DNA of 53,643 nucleotides, filler included, from Catajapyx aquilonaris (Eukaryota), in the NCBI GenBank assembly GCA_000934665.2. It is 3 parts of 3 records of this genome, joined end to end, with 100 filler letters (N's around TTAATTAATTAA, not from the genome) between each part and the next. Parts side by side here need not be neighbours in the genome. Positions count along the whole stretch, not along the records: positions 1 to 17,833 come from KZ539607.1; 2 more parts are not named here. One strand, 5' to 3'. This document shows, piece by piece, positions 1 to 11,858 of the stretch. The position numbers and the translations under genes were made by a program. Numbering within the stretch: the first letter of the stretch is position 1; each line of letters starts with the position of its first letter. The notes under the pieces were generated by a model, which was not told the origin of the DNA, did not search any database, and was given only the letters and a program-made list of their open reading frames with translations.

Positions 1-115
1 TGCCAGACACCTCCAAGGTGTAGGTCAGAGACCGTCCTGATGCAGGTGAAAGGAAAACTCCCCAGGCGGGGATCGAACCTGGGGCCTCTCACTCAGCCAT
101 CTACACCTCCCCGGT
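1..115 (-). mobile_element. tRNA-derived SINE 5' part (truncated by window edge)
   Basis: Reverse strand reads ...GAGAGGCCCCAGGTTCGATCCCCGCCTGGGG...TTCAC...GTCTCTG, with a Pol III B-box (GGTTCGATCC); similar to the SINE head at 42649. Confidence 0.6.
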
Positions 116-358
116 GCAATGAAATGTTATAGGTGGTCATTCTGTGAGTTCCCTTGGGCAGTTAGTCTCAAGGAATCCCAGACAAAGCCACTTTGCGGCC
201 CCAAATTGAAAGATGTATTCCTGCATATTCCAGTTCTTCCTGCTTTTCACCAAGAATATTAGTGATCAAAGCAAGCTGACCTCCTGCAGATTTCATGTCA
301 CACTGGAAAGATTTTGGTTTTGGGTCAAGTTACAAGTTAGAACGTAATGAACATGGTG

Positions 359-873
359 CAAAAGGATGAGGCACAAAATATATGGGCGAGTGGCCTTCCG
401 TTCGATTTGCCTGAAAATTGGATATGTTGCAGCCCAGACCATCCTGATCAATTTTGGATAGGGACATTTCGAGGTAGGACCTACAGGGAGCATGCTAATT
501 GCTATTCATCGAAGAGGCTAGAAGACTGCTGCGAGAGAAACCTCGCTTCCTTACATTGACCCAATGAATGTTGAAGTGCAGCTGGAGGAAACTCCAGATG
601 ACAACCTTCAAGGAGTAGAATTTGAACCAGATGAATAGGTAATAAAGATTAATAGATCATTTAATGCAATAACCATTGAGTTCCTGAGACTTATTGTAGT
701 CTACTACTCCCCCTATTACCTGCGGAGGTCATTAGCATGCTCCCTGTAGGTCCTACCTCGAAATGTCCCTATCCAACATTGATCAGGATGGTCTGGGCTG
801 CAACACATCCAATTTTCAGCCAAATCGAACGGAAGGCTACTCGCCCATATACTATTTTGTGCCTCATCCTTTG
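359..873. mobile_element. MITE with ~140 bp terminal inverted repeats
   Basis: 359-499 is a near-identical reverse complement of 731-873 (CAAAAGGATGAGGCAC.../...GTGCCTCATCCTTTG); TA follows the right end. Confidence 0.85.
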
Positions 874-1426
874 TATTGTACAAAATATTATCCTCACAAG
901 ACAGTTTGTGCTAAAGGAAAGTGATAAGTACTGCAAGGGTTGTATTGTTTACTTTGTGCATTTGCACAGTTTAATTGTACTGTTGGAAAACAAACTTTAC
1001 ATGTGGTAAAATCCAAAGTACTAGGCAAATTATAAGAGCAGGAAAGCTCCACTGCAACATATTGTAGTTATCTGGCATGTGCTGTTGGCAACTGATGAAT
1101 TTGGCACAAATATTTTTGGGATAAAATGATAATTTCTTATGCAGAATTTTTTTCACAAACAAGAGTGAATGACAATTTTTTTTGACCAAAATTGAATCGT
1201 TACATATTGATTGGATTACTGTCATTTTTGCCCAACTGGTCGTGGCTAGTGATCAGAAGGCTCATGTTTCTGCCAGGCTTTAAGTCAAGTTGTTTTCCTG
1301 TGATTGTTACCCAACAACTTAGTCCATGAACTGTCCATGAAATGGCTTAATAACTGAGAATATTTTTAGCTGTACAAAGTATATATGAATGACTTGAGAG
1401 CCGTCAAATACGCAGAGATCTTAGAA

Positions 1427-1612
1427 TGGTGTTTCTCAACCTTTCTACCTTTATGGAACCCTTTAAATAATATTCATGCATCAAGGAATCCCTACATAAA
1501 AATTATTAAATTATTGACATATCAATGATAATAATTAATGACTCAAAAGTACATTTACATATGATTAGCATATTCATCACTGTTTCTCGCAGAACCCCAG
1601 TTGAGAAACCTG
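1427..1612. mobile_element. hAT/Charlie-like MITE
   Basis: Ends TGGTGTTTCTCAAC...GTTGAGAAACCTG; 8-bp target duplication TCTTAGAA/TTTTAGAA (7/8 match). Confidence 0.75.
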
Positions 1613-1677
1613 TTTTAGAACATGATTTCTTCTTATGCAGTTCATGTTGCTTATACTGAACTCATTCTGTGTTGCAG

Positions 1678-2039
1678 GCCTTAAATGTGGAATCGGAGGT
1701 GGAAATGGTGCAGTTCAATGCACATGACAGGTTATGTCATTGCTACTTGAAGAGCAACCTACCAGATGAGAGCGTGGAGAGCTGCAGCGCTGCCCTGGAG
1801 ATCAGGGAGGAGGCAAGACTGTACTGTGAACGGGCTGAGGCGTACATCGGTAATGAAATGTTGGATGAAGCAGCCAGGGACTTCAGGAGAGCCATGGACT
1901 TGGAGGAGAATGTGCAGTGCGGCCAGGAGGGAGTGCAGAAGGTTCAGAAGTTACAGAAGCAAGCCAACAAGAGGGACTACTACAAGATTCTTGGTGTCAG
2001 GAGGACTGCTTCCAAGAGAGAAATCACTAAGGCATTCAG
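1678..2039 (+). CDS. DNAJC3: DnaJ homolog subfamily C member 3 (P58IPK), penultimate coding exon (TPR repeats and start of J domain)
   Basis: ttgcag acceptor, gt donor at 2040; peptide LYCERAEAYIGNEMLDEA...KRDYYKILGVRRTASKREITKAF. Confidence 0.93.
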
Positions 2040-2173
2040 GTTGGTTTTAATTTCCATTAGATATGCTTGGAAAATGTGAAGGGTTACCTAAGGCCAGTTA
2101 CCTGATTGATGCAGCTTTGCCTTATTGACACTGACAAATAAGGCTTACATTTCCTCTTTCCCATATACTACAG

Positions 2174-2408
2174 GAAACTTGCTCAAAAGTGGCATCCAGA
2201 CAATTACCATGGCGAAGAGAAGAAGAAGGCAGAGAAGAAGTTCATAGACATTGCTGCTGCCAAGGAGGTTCTGACAAATCCTGAGAAAAGGCAGAAATAC
2301 GACAATGGGGAGGATCCACTGGACCCTGAGTCGCAACAAGGACAAGGATTCAACCCCTTCCAGAATTTCCACGGAAGTCCATTCACGTTCCGATTCCACT
2401 TCAACTGA
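2174..2408 (+). CDS. DNAJC3: DNAJC3 last coding exon (J domain with HPD motif, C-terminus)
   Basis: cag acceptor, phase fits previous exon; KLAQKWHPDNY...KKFIDIAAAKEVL...YDNGEDPLDPESQQG...FRFHFN then TGA. Confidence 0.95.
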
Positions 2409-3339
2409 ATCCCTCCCTGGGACCTCACATCCTCCCCAATCCCTTCCCACCTCAATTTATAATCAGTTGTTTTGTTTAAATTCAGCTGAGAAAAACACTA
2501 CTGGTTGGTAATTTAACATGGGCACAGTTTTTATGTTGTGCCAACAAGTTGCAAACAGAATTAGGAGTGAATTGATCAGTCATTTTTTTAAGTTTGTGCC
2601 AATTGATGGGCATTAATCCTATTCCCTATCCGATCCTAATAAGTGAAGTACAATTGTGCGATTGATTTGTTGATTTTTTTTTAAAAAGGCAATGGTCTTC
2701 CCCACTTTCTAGTCTCTGACTTAACTTATAGCCCATTTGTCTTTACCTATCCCTCACCCCGATCCCAGCGTCAGAAATGCCATTGCCTAACCCAGATCGA
2801 GAGAAAAAGTGTACAATGTACAAAGACACGTGTGAATTTAGTGTGTGAAGCATCCAAAAAGAAGAACAATATTATTGAAGAAAAAAAAACAAAAACAAAA
2901 ACAGTCTGAATCCCCCCCAAATGTTTTGCAGTTAAAATGAGTGCATGTGTGTGCTTCTGTACATTGTAAATATGTACCAAAGTTTTATCAAGTCCTAGAT
3001 TATATTAATGCCATCCGATACAATTTGTGATGACCTGAAGCAATATAATTTTTAGCAGCTCGGTTATGAAGCTGTAATGAGACGACGTGTACTTTTTTCG
3101 TATGACGGCCTCTCCTTGTAGTAGTGAATCCATTGCCAAAATTTGGCAACACTACCCAGTGTACTTGGATGTAGCATGATTTGCCACTACCAGATGGCAC
3201 ACATCCCCTCTCTCTGCACACTACTCCCACATGCACCTAGGTGATGAGCATTGGGACAGAGTCACACCTAGCCAAATCTACATATGATATGAAACTTGTT
3301 TATTTTTTGGAGTAAGCAATAACTTGTCATTATGATGAT

Positions 3340-4110
3340 GGTTGTTGTTGTTGTTGTTGTTGTTGTTTCCGTTTCCATCTAGAGGAATCCATGGAGGCAA
3401 AAGATACGTTATGAATAAAAGATTCAAAAGACCGGCCCGAAGTGGGATTGGCAGGTGCGCGTAGGTGTGACCAATGAGAGAGGATGGAGGGTGAGGGCCG
3501 TCCAATCCCAAGGGGTGACAGGTGTTGTTGGTGCAGGTGGCAGCACCAGAGCACCAACCACCTCCCAACCAGAAAGGAAAAAAAGAGAGCCATGGTTGTG
3601 TTGGAGTACTTGGTGAGAGGTCAGTCTGGAGACATGAACGCGGGGTAAAGAGATAAGGTGCTTCCAACTGAGTGGTAGGTGTGCAGCAGGTACTGTGAGA
3701 TGGCCCCTGGGTGAAGAGCAGGTGCGGCCAGCAGCATCCAACGATCCAGCCGCCAGCAGGTGAGAGGACATAAAAAACCGAAGGTGGTCGGGGGAGAAGG
3801 AAAGGAAAGCTAGGCCTAGTCCGGCTGGATGGAATTTATTCATCGGGGTGTAGTGACAATGGAAGGATGTTGCACTTGGTATGCTCCTTTTTGGAGGTCT
3901 AGGTCTTTCAAGTGGAGGCACAATGGTATTGTCTGGTGACACTGACATTTTCACTGCGGGGGAGCCTTCGGATTATGGTAACCGCCTGTCGGTGGCAGTT
4001 AATGAACTGAGGCAGAGATTTGTTCGCAGCTGCTGACATGTCATTGTCGATAGAGCAATGTACCCCCTTGGGAGAGACATGTCCAGACAATGTCCTCGGT
4101 GTTAGGTGTT
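3340..4110 (-). mobile_element. Probable degraded non-LTR retrotransposon 3' end with (CAA)n tail
   Basis: (TTG)n at ~3341-3367 is a minus-strand CAA tail; upstream broken frames (PLER..KRSI..TP..H..GL) loosely resemble a LINE RT C-terminal region. Confidence 0.4.
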
Positions 4111-6848
4111 CACTACAAATAGTCAGTGAACATCATGTGAGTGTGTGACAGACAGTGGAACCACATAACGTGACAGTAGGTAACAAAATGTGTATAGAGC
4201 AAATGATGATAACTATGGTTTAATTTAAAAGACAATATTCTAGTCTTGAAATATAATTGTCATTGGTTTTGACCTGGTTGTACTGTACCTCAGATCAAAT
4301 GATAGCGACCATTCATTGTAATGTAGTAGCAGATAATGGTTTCATATAACTCTCACAAGTAACTACTTGAAAACAGCTACTTTAATATGCCACTTAGTGC
4401 CCAATAGAACTGCAAACTAAAATGGATGTTACAATTGAAACACCTGGATGTCATGTTGCAAGTTTTACAATGTGCATCAGCATGAATTCTGTATGACAAT
4501 GGTAGTGAGCAATACAACCAGAAGGAAATTATTGTATGAATCGTAATACTAGTATTGTGCACCCTCTTAAGAATAATCCAGAAATTGTGACAGAATGCAT
4601 CAAAGCTTCCCGGAAAAATTATTTGGTATAAAAAAAATTGGGTTACTCATTAACACCTGAAGAAGCTGTGCTTTTTGGTATCACATTATTTTAAAAGGTA
4701 AAATTTCTGCCTTATTTGCCTTTTAAAGATTTGTGCAATTATATTTCCATTATTTTGTTATGCCTGCTGGCTACAGCTGTACCACTCTGCGAAATGGGAA
4801 GTTGCATAAGCACTTATCCACATTGTGATCTTTACGTCTCAACTGTTGCATTAAGCACATTGCGTATTGAAACTCCTAGGCATTATGTTGTCACCTCAAA
4901 AATATCATAAAAGTCCTAATCACTTTATTGCCACTATTACCTTTTTTTCATTTCTTTTTTTTTTTGCTGGAATGGCATCACACCACAGCATGGCACATTG
5001 CACCTGTGCTTTCAAATGTACAGGGTGTTCCAATTAAAATAGTGGTTTTGTACTAAGCTAATTATTTTAAGCAGTAACTTGCAACAGTTTTGTGGCTTAT
5101 TAAAGATTATAATTTGGTTCAATCGAAAATGTGCTTAATCCTTTTTCACAATATTCCGAAGAAATGGGCACTAATTTGGCAATCAAGAATAGTCGGACCT
5201 TCCGCTATCAAGCTTAATGGTGGGGCGTTCTGCATAACTCAACCTGATTAAGAGTACTGTTAGGGCAATTTGGCATGTGAAGATCACGAACCATATGTTA
5301 CCATAGCTGAAGAGGGTGGAGGATACCAGGGTGTGTGTGACATTGCTGATGGATAGAGACCTTGATGAGGGAATGAATCAGGATCCTCGCATCATTGACT
5401 CCCATGATACCACACCGGTTACTACAGGGAAAAAAAATATTTCTCAACTTTTTTTTTTTGCGGATGAGAGAACATGTACTTTTGCTGATTCCATGCTGCC
5501 GAATAAATTTTTGCAAAGAAACGTGCAGCTGTCAATGGCACTTCCAGGCCGAAAATTATTGCAAGAAATTCCTCACGGAGGAAACAGGTTTGATGTATAC
5601 AGGAACAGGAAAAACGGAATGTCTATTCATGTAGAATGCCACCTTTTGCAGTATACCAACGTCGATTGCTTTATTGTCCGAAATGGCGCCGGTTGTAAGA
5701 GAAACATTTTCCTCCAGCGAACGGACCTATTGATATCAACCTGATCCGCTTCAGTATGTACTGAATACTAATGGTAACTTCGAATCAGGTTCTTCAACTA
5801 GGGCAACCCCTTTTTTTGGACATAGTTTTCGGAGACTGTTGCTACAAAAGGAATGTGGTGTCTGTGGGCGTGTGTTCAAGATCAGGAAAGTTGCAAACTT
5901 TTTTTCCCCAGTAGATTTCGTAACAGTCGGGGACCTTTGACTCTGTATATCATGCAGATACAGTATCAGTAGCCAATTGATTAATAACTTTAGGTTTCAG
6001 GTCATTCCTCTTGAGACTGGACATTGGAGCAAGGTTGTTGTTACAATGCATGGGAATTACTGGTTGGCAACAATGCAATGGTGACTATGGGGGTCTCGGC
6101 CTCATTTCGAAGTGTATTCTCTCATCCGCACTCACGTCTCGTATGAATGAAAATGAGACACCATCCAAGCACACTGCAAATGAAGGATGATGACCCACTA
6201 GCCCCTTAAAAGACTAACTTACGTTAGGTTCTGGGTACAGGACATGACAGCAGCCCTTTTTAAGTAACCGCAGGTGACGAGGAAAAGTGAAAGTTGCAAC
6301 AAAGTGCAGGCGTATATATTTTTTTGCGATACGCTTTTTCGAGTCCGGATAATACAACGTAAGGCAACCAGACGGAAAACTTCAGCAAATATTGTTAGCA
6401 TATGGCGAGGGAATATATTGCGAAACGGGTGAATCATATGTCAGTGATGCATAAATTCGCACTTGCAATGTGAGTGTTATAAATTTTCGTTCTCAGGTGA
6501 ATCATACAGTCAACAAATTCTAAGAATTGCACTTACTGTTAGTACGCGCAAATGGCAGTGTTGCACAATATATATGGAAGGTCGAAGAATTTCGCTTGTT
6601 TTTATTCTAGCAAGTCATACCTGTCCTTGATCAAGATAACATTTGGAAGTCACCCTTTAATGCATGTGAAGCCGGGGTTAAAATTCTCCCCCTTCCATAT
6701 GTATATACTACTACGGTACGGTATTAATTATTTCCTGGATTACAAACCCACTCTCTCATTGGTTGTCTGCTCTTGGCGGAACTTCTAAGTGCAACCAATT
6801 ATAAACCCCCCTCGAAATAAGCGGCCCTTTTAATTAAAGTCCCCCCCC

Positions 6849-6955
6849 NNNNNNNNNNNNNNNNNNNNNNNNNNNNNNNNNNNNNNNNNNNNNNNNNNNN
6901 NNNNNNNNNNNNNNNNNNNNNNNNNNNNNNNNNNNNNNNNNNNNNNNNNNNNNNN
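6849..6955. other. Assembly gap
   Basis: Run of N following a poly-C tract. Confidence 0.99.
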
Positions 6956-9900
6956 TGCATTTTAATATTAGCTATTTCTTATTTTTGTTGCATATTAATA
7001 TTGTTATTTCTCAGTGTAAGTAGCTTTGTGGAGAGAGCACAACCGTTACGTGAGGTGTATACTCTCCGTTTACCGGTACGTGACCATGAGGCGGAAGCGC
7101 ACATGGGCAGTGATATAGTCGTTGGCGATGTAGGCTTATGGCCACCTACTATACGTATACATGAGACCTGGTTGCCAAGTGGTGTAGAAGTGCTGGATTC
7201 ATGTTGCGCGACATACTTCAGGATGGGTATAATCGATGACAAAATGCTGAGAGGACATTTTGAGTTATGCAAGAGTGTGGGGCACATTTTGACAGGTTGG
7301 TTCCGGTGGCAGCGAAGCAGGGCGTATGTTTCGGTTGTCAATTCCCAGCATTGTGTTATAGAAATTTTTATGTCCTCGAGAGATGTATTGATTGGTGGGA
7401 GTAAGAGTAAACAATGTGTTATTCAAGCAGAAATTGTTTGAAATAGTACGTGACAGCTGGTTGAGCCTATCATTAGAGGACGAATCTGCACGTTTGAAGT
7501 GCACTATTAGCATAGCAGTGGCACAAAAGCAAATGTTTAAACGTTGCATGATGTTAATTTTTTAGCCCTTTGTAATGTGCAATGGTGATGAGCGGGAACA
7601 GTGTTATTTAGACAGGATGGTATGCACCCAATGTTTGATTTTGGAATTTGAATCCATGTGTGTCGAGTACTGCAAGAACATGACAGTTCTAACTTCTAAT
7701 TACGTACAGTGCACTGTCATGCACTTAACGGTAATTTATGAAATTAATTTGGGAATGATTTTACTCTCTTTTTCCATTTCAGTTGCACCTAATGGGTGAA
7801 AAATTCGTGCCAAATACTCACTGTAATAATTGGTGTTTTTTTGTGGAATATTAAATAGGCAGACATTGGCTTAATTTTGTACACTTTGGTGGCATCCATG
7901 CATGGTGCCGCACTACTTTAACGACGATGCCCAAAACACAATAGCGATTTTTTAAAATGGCAAATTAATCACTGCTGAATACCACTATTGTATTTTTCCT
8001 CCCTACCCATCATAACGACTAAAGGCACCTTCTCAATTTTTTAAATACTGTCATTAGCGGGCAACAATTGAAGTTTGTAGGATTGTCCGGTTCATGGAGT
8101 GGACAAGGGAGAGTTGTTTGGAGTCTGCGGCTTTTATTCAGGAGCAGTTTTTGGCAAGCTCATGGCGGCATGGGTGGTCGACTCTGATTTCTTGGTCACG
8201 GAAGACTGGCTTAGAACACTGCTGGTTTTTGAAGAGAGGACTGGAAAATTACCCGCAGACTTCTTACACCTTCATAACTCTGGTGCACACTGACCTTTAT
8301 AAAATGTCAGGCGTCTGGCCTTCACGTAGGTTGCGGCCTGTAGGCGGTACTTGACTGAGTTTTTTTTTTTTTTGTAATGGGCTGTTGCATCCTACATTGT
8401 TTCGGTTGTACAGTGCATGCCGAAAGTGGGTTGCGATCTGTGGGTGTGCCGAAGGGTAATTGAGTCGCGGCTGATTTACTAGGGAAAGAGAGAGCCGGAG
8501 CGATCGATACTTCGATTGGTGTTGGTGTATTCTATTTTTGCCAATTAACCCGGTCGTGTGGGAGCGCCATCCTCTCATGTTGCACTAACGTAAATTCAAT
8601 TTTTCTAATTAAGATGTGTTAAATAAAATTCTTTGTACTGCTATGTATTGTTCAGCTAATAATAATCGTCATGATCATATAATATAATAATATCATTATT
8701 AATAATATTAATAATCATTTATTCATTACCGGTGTCATGGCATTATCCCAAAAAATGGGGCAGCCAGAGATGACTAGTGTACACAGTACACTAGCCAACA
8801 ACAATAATGCAAGTAATAATAATTGTAGTCAACTCAATGTGAAAATTGGTACCTGTATGTAGACCTAACGGTAATAATAATTAACAGGAGAGCATCAAAA
8901 GCAGATTAAAAAATAACTTCATTACCTTATCTGCTGTTTACAAATTTTAATGTGGCTTTTGATAAAGGCTAAAACAATATTTACTTTTTTAGAACTTTTG
9001 CGTTGTGGTTTCTAGCACTCATGCCTTGAATATTTGTGTAATTAGGCACTCGTGCGATGACCTCACCTGTTTTTCCATCTAATATATTGTTTTATAATGT
9101 AACCTTCCAAAGATTGCTTAGGTCGTAATTTGATAGGTGGATGGCTCGTAGCCAGATTTATATCTACGGTAGGCTTACAAGCACGCCCCCTCCATTATTG
9201 CATTTTTTCCTGGACGAACATTTGCTGTGACACTGACGAAGATACCGAATCTTGGTCCCATCTGTAGCAGGGCAGACCCCCAGATTAAAAAAAAAAAAAA
9301 AAAAGATCCGATTAGGAAATTCTCATCAGGTTGATTCTTTTGGCAGAGAATAATGGCGAATAGGGCCTCGTTATGATGCTGTGCAAGAGATCCGGAGGGT
9401 GCATTAAAGCCTGCCCATTCCACCGGATAATGATGGGCCACTGGATGGGTCACTGTGAAGGTGGTCGAAGTATAGGGGTGGCTAAACCCCATCCACCCTT
9501 CCAACCATGGCCAGTTGTGGCCAGTTTCAAGTTGGAGGCAACCGTATCATTACTTCCTATTTTAATCAAGGATTTATTGTGTGGCGATGCTGAGAAAGTG
9601 TGAGGTCCCTGCCGCTTATTAGGGAAGGGTAATTACAGGGAGGGCTGACCGACGTGCCACATTCCTAAAAGATGGGATTAATTTTCGATTCGGAAAAGTT
9701 ATTGGAGCTCCTGCGTACACTTATCATTAATCGTTGTTTAATGATGTTTTCGATGATACGCACCGATACCCTGAAGGTAATTAGGGTGCTATCTTGTAGT
9801 TTTAAAGTGTACACGCAATGATAAGCTTATCGCACATTCCTGCAGGGCTTGACTATATTGCATGTGGGGCATCACATTTCCTGAATTGATAGGATGACGT

Positions 9901-11623
9901 TAGTTGCTAGGTGGAATATTGACTTGACAAAACTTTTAATTAGTCTGCGCAGGGACGTGACATTCGCACCTCTTGGAAGAAGCGTCATACTGTGTGAATT
10001 GCACGATGTCCTTAAGGTATACGACACCCGCTGATTGCCAGACAACAGCTTTTCATCATCGTTACAGCGGCTAAGCGAACGAAATAAAAATAAAACGTGA
10101 GTTGCGACACACCAACTTGCACTTGGAAGTTATATCCTCGCTAAACGTCATAAATCCCTGAACATCCTTGGTACACCTTGGTAAGTAACGGTGATCATCG
10201 CTGGGAGGTGCTCGAAGAACGTGTAAGTTCAAATGTGCGAATTGGCACGGACTACCACGACTTGTGGTCAGAAATGGACTCTTGGACTCCCTAGCAAATT
10301 CCAAGGCAAACGACCCACCCACAAGGGCACCCCTACCTGGATTTGCAGGTTTACCTGTTCGAGAATATTATTCAGATCATTTCTCGAAGGTGAAAATCAC
10401 GAGCTGGCACCATGGGGTTTGCCCTACATTTTAATGATGTCTTTGTGGGCACGTACGTGGATTATATGAAGATGACGGTATTTGCGTGGTCAGATCGTAC
10501 GTGTCGTGGCGACATACTACTTTTAATTAAGTGCGACTTGATTTAGTGTAGGTGTCATTAAGTATGTTGAATCATCCAGATTAGTACAAAGGTTCCGCGA
10601 ACATCTGCGGCCCCATGATAAATCCTTCCTGATCTTTAATCTGATGTACACACAAAGCATGTGAGTAGTACTAGACGTGCAGTGTTGTACGGATAAGCAA
10701 AACGAATGCAAATCTATCTGAAAACCATTAGGTGGCCTCATTTGTCACTCAGGGGTTGTGACATGCGCAGGTAAATCACTCGGCGTGTAATGATTAAATC
10801 TGCTGGATATTCAAGTGCTCCGGATGGGGCTCAACGTGTTTACAAAGTCTGACTCCGGTCAGGTTTTACCATTTTTCAGGGAAAAAATCCGATGCAAGGT
10901 CAGCCCCCCCCCCCNCCCCGGAATTTCTGGGTCGAACCGGTTGAAGGTGACATAACCCGGATAACCTCATCCATTCTGCATGACTAGGATTTTGTCCCTT
11001 AGGCAATATGGGAAGCCTATTAGCGGCTCCAACTTGGCGACAAGACTGATTCCGACCGACCAGAATTAATCCGGTCGCGCGCCAACAGTTCTAGACACAA
11101 AGACTAGGCTGGTCACCGGTGAAATCAGACCGGGCACTGTATTTTCCATGAGAATATCTGGCAGTTTGTGGCTGGAGGTTCTGGAGGTAAGTTGTTACAT
11201 TGTAGAATGTAATAAGCATGACTAGCTATTTTATTCAGCACAAAGAGGCTATAAATCGCCTGCCGTCCATACGATCGAAGATGTACACGGCTGTCGGCTA
11301 TAATTTGAATTAGGCTACAGCATGTTGCTGGAAATGGGTCAGACTGTCTGCCGCTGGTTCAACCCCCCCGATTGATCCAGCATCTTGGTGATATACGCAT
11401 TTCGGTTGGGTGACTTCCGGATTATTTTGCATCAATCAGTCCGGGTCAAGGGCAATATTGTGTGTGGAGTGGGGGTCGAGTAAATGATAAAACGTAGTTT
11501 GCATTGATCCGCGTGTCACAATTTGAAGTAACGGGATTCTGGGATGATGTCGAGAATGAGTCATGGTATGACCCACTCTTGCGGTAATTACTGCCCGCTG
11601 AGCTGACCTTGCCAGTTTGTCCG

Positions 11624-11858
11624 GCTAGCGACATTGTCCGATGCGGCAAATGTGCAAATCGAAGTGATAGAGCCGTGCGAGTAAGAAATGGTAGCCCTTG
11701 GGTGACATCACTGACTGGGGACGAGCCTTTTCTCCATTGCCCCACAGCCGGTGACGTCACTCAAGGCCTACCTCTTCTTACTCGCACGGCTTCGATTTGC
11801 AGTTTTGCCGCATCAGAAGATGTCGCAAGCAGTATGACGCGATTAATGTCCAACACTG
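11624..11858. mobile_element. Diverged foldback MITE, relative of the 44659 element, left end lost
   Basis: Hairpin arms GCTAGCGACAT...AGCCGTGCGAGTAAGAA / TTCTTACTCGCACGGCT...ATGTCGCAAGC; right end ...CCAACACTG followed by TA resembles ...CCAGCACTG-TA at 44820. Confidence 0.7.

Noticed and set aside
293..1009. Two ORFs encoding near-identical peptides (MLPVGPTSKCPYP...)
   Set aside because: By-product of the 359-873 inverted repeat, not duplicated genes.
3278..3667. Poly-Asn and poly-Gln ORFs
   Set aside because: Translations of a (TTG)n microsatellite.
5575..5634. Walker-A-like LMYTGTGKT
   Set aside because: Followed soon by a stop; no Walker B or helicase motifs found; the opposite strand is equally open.
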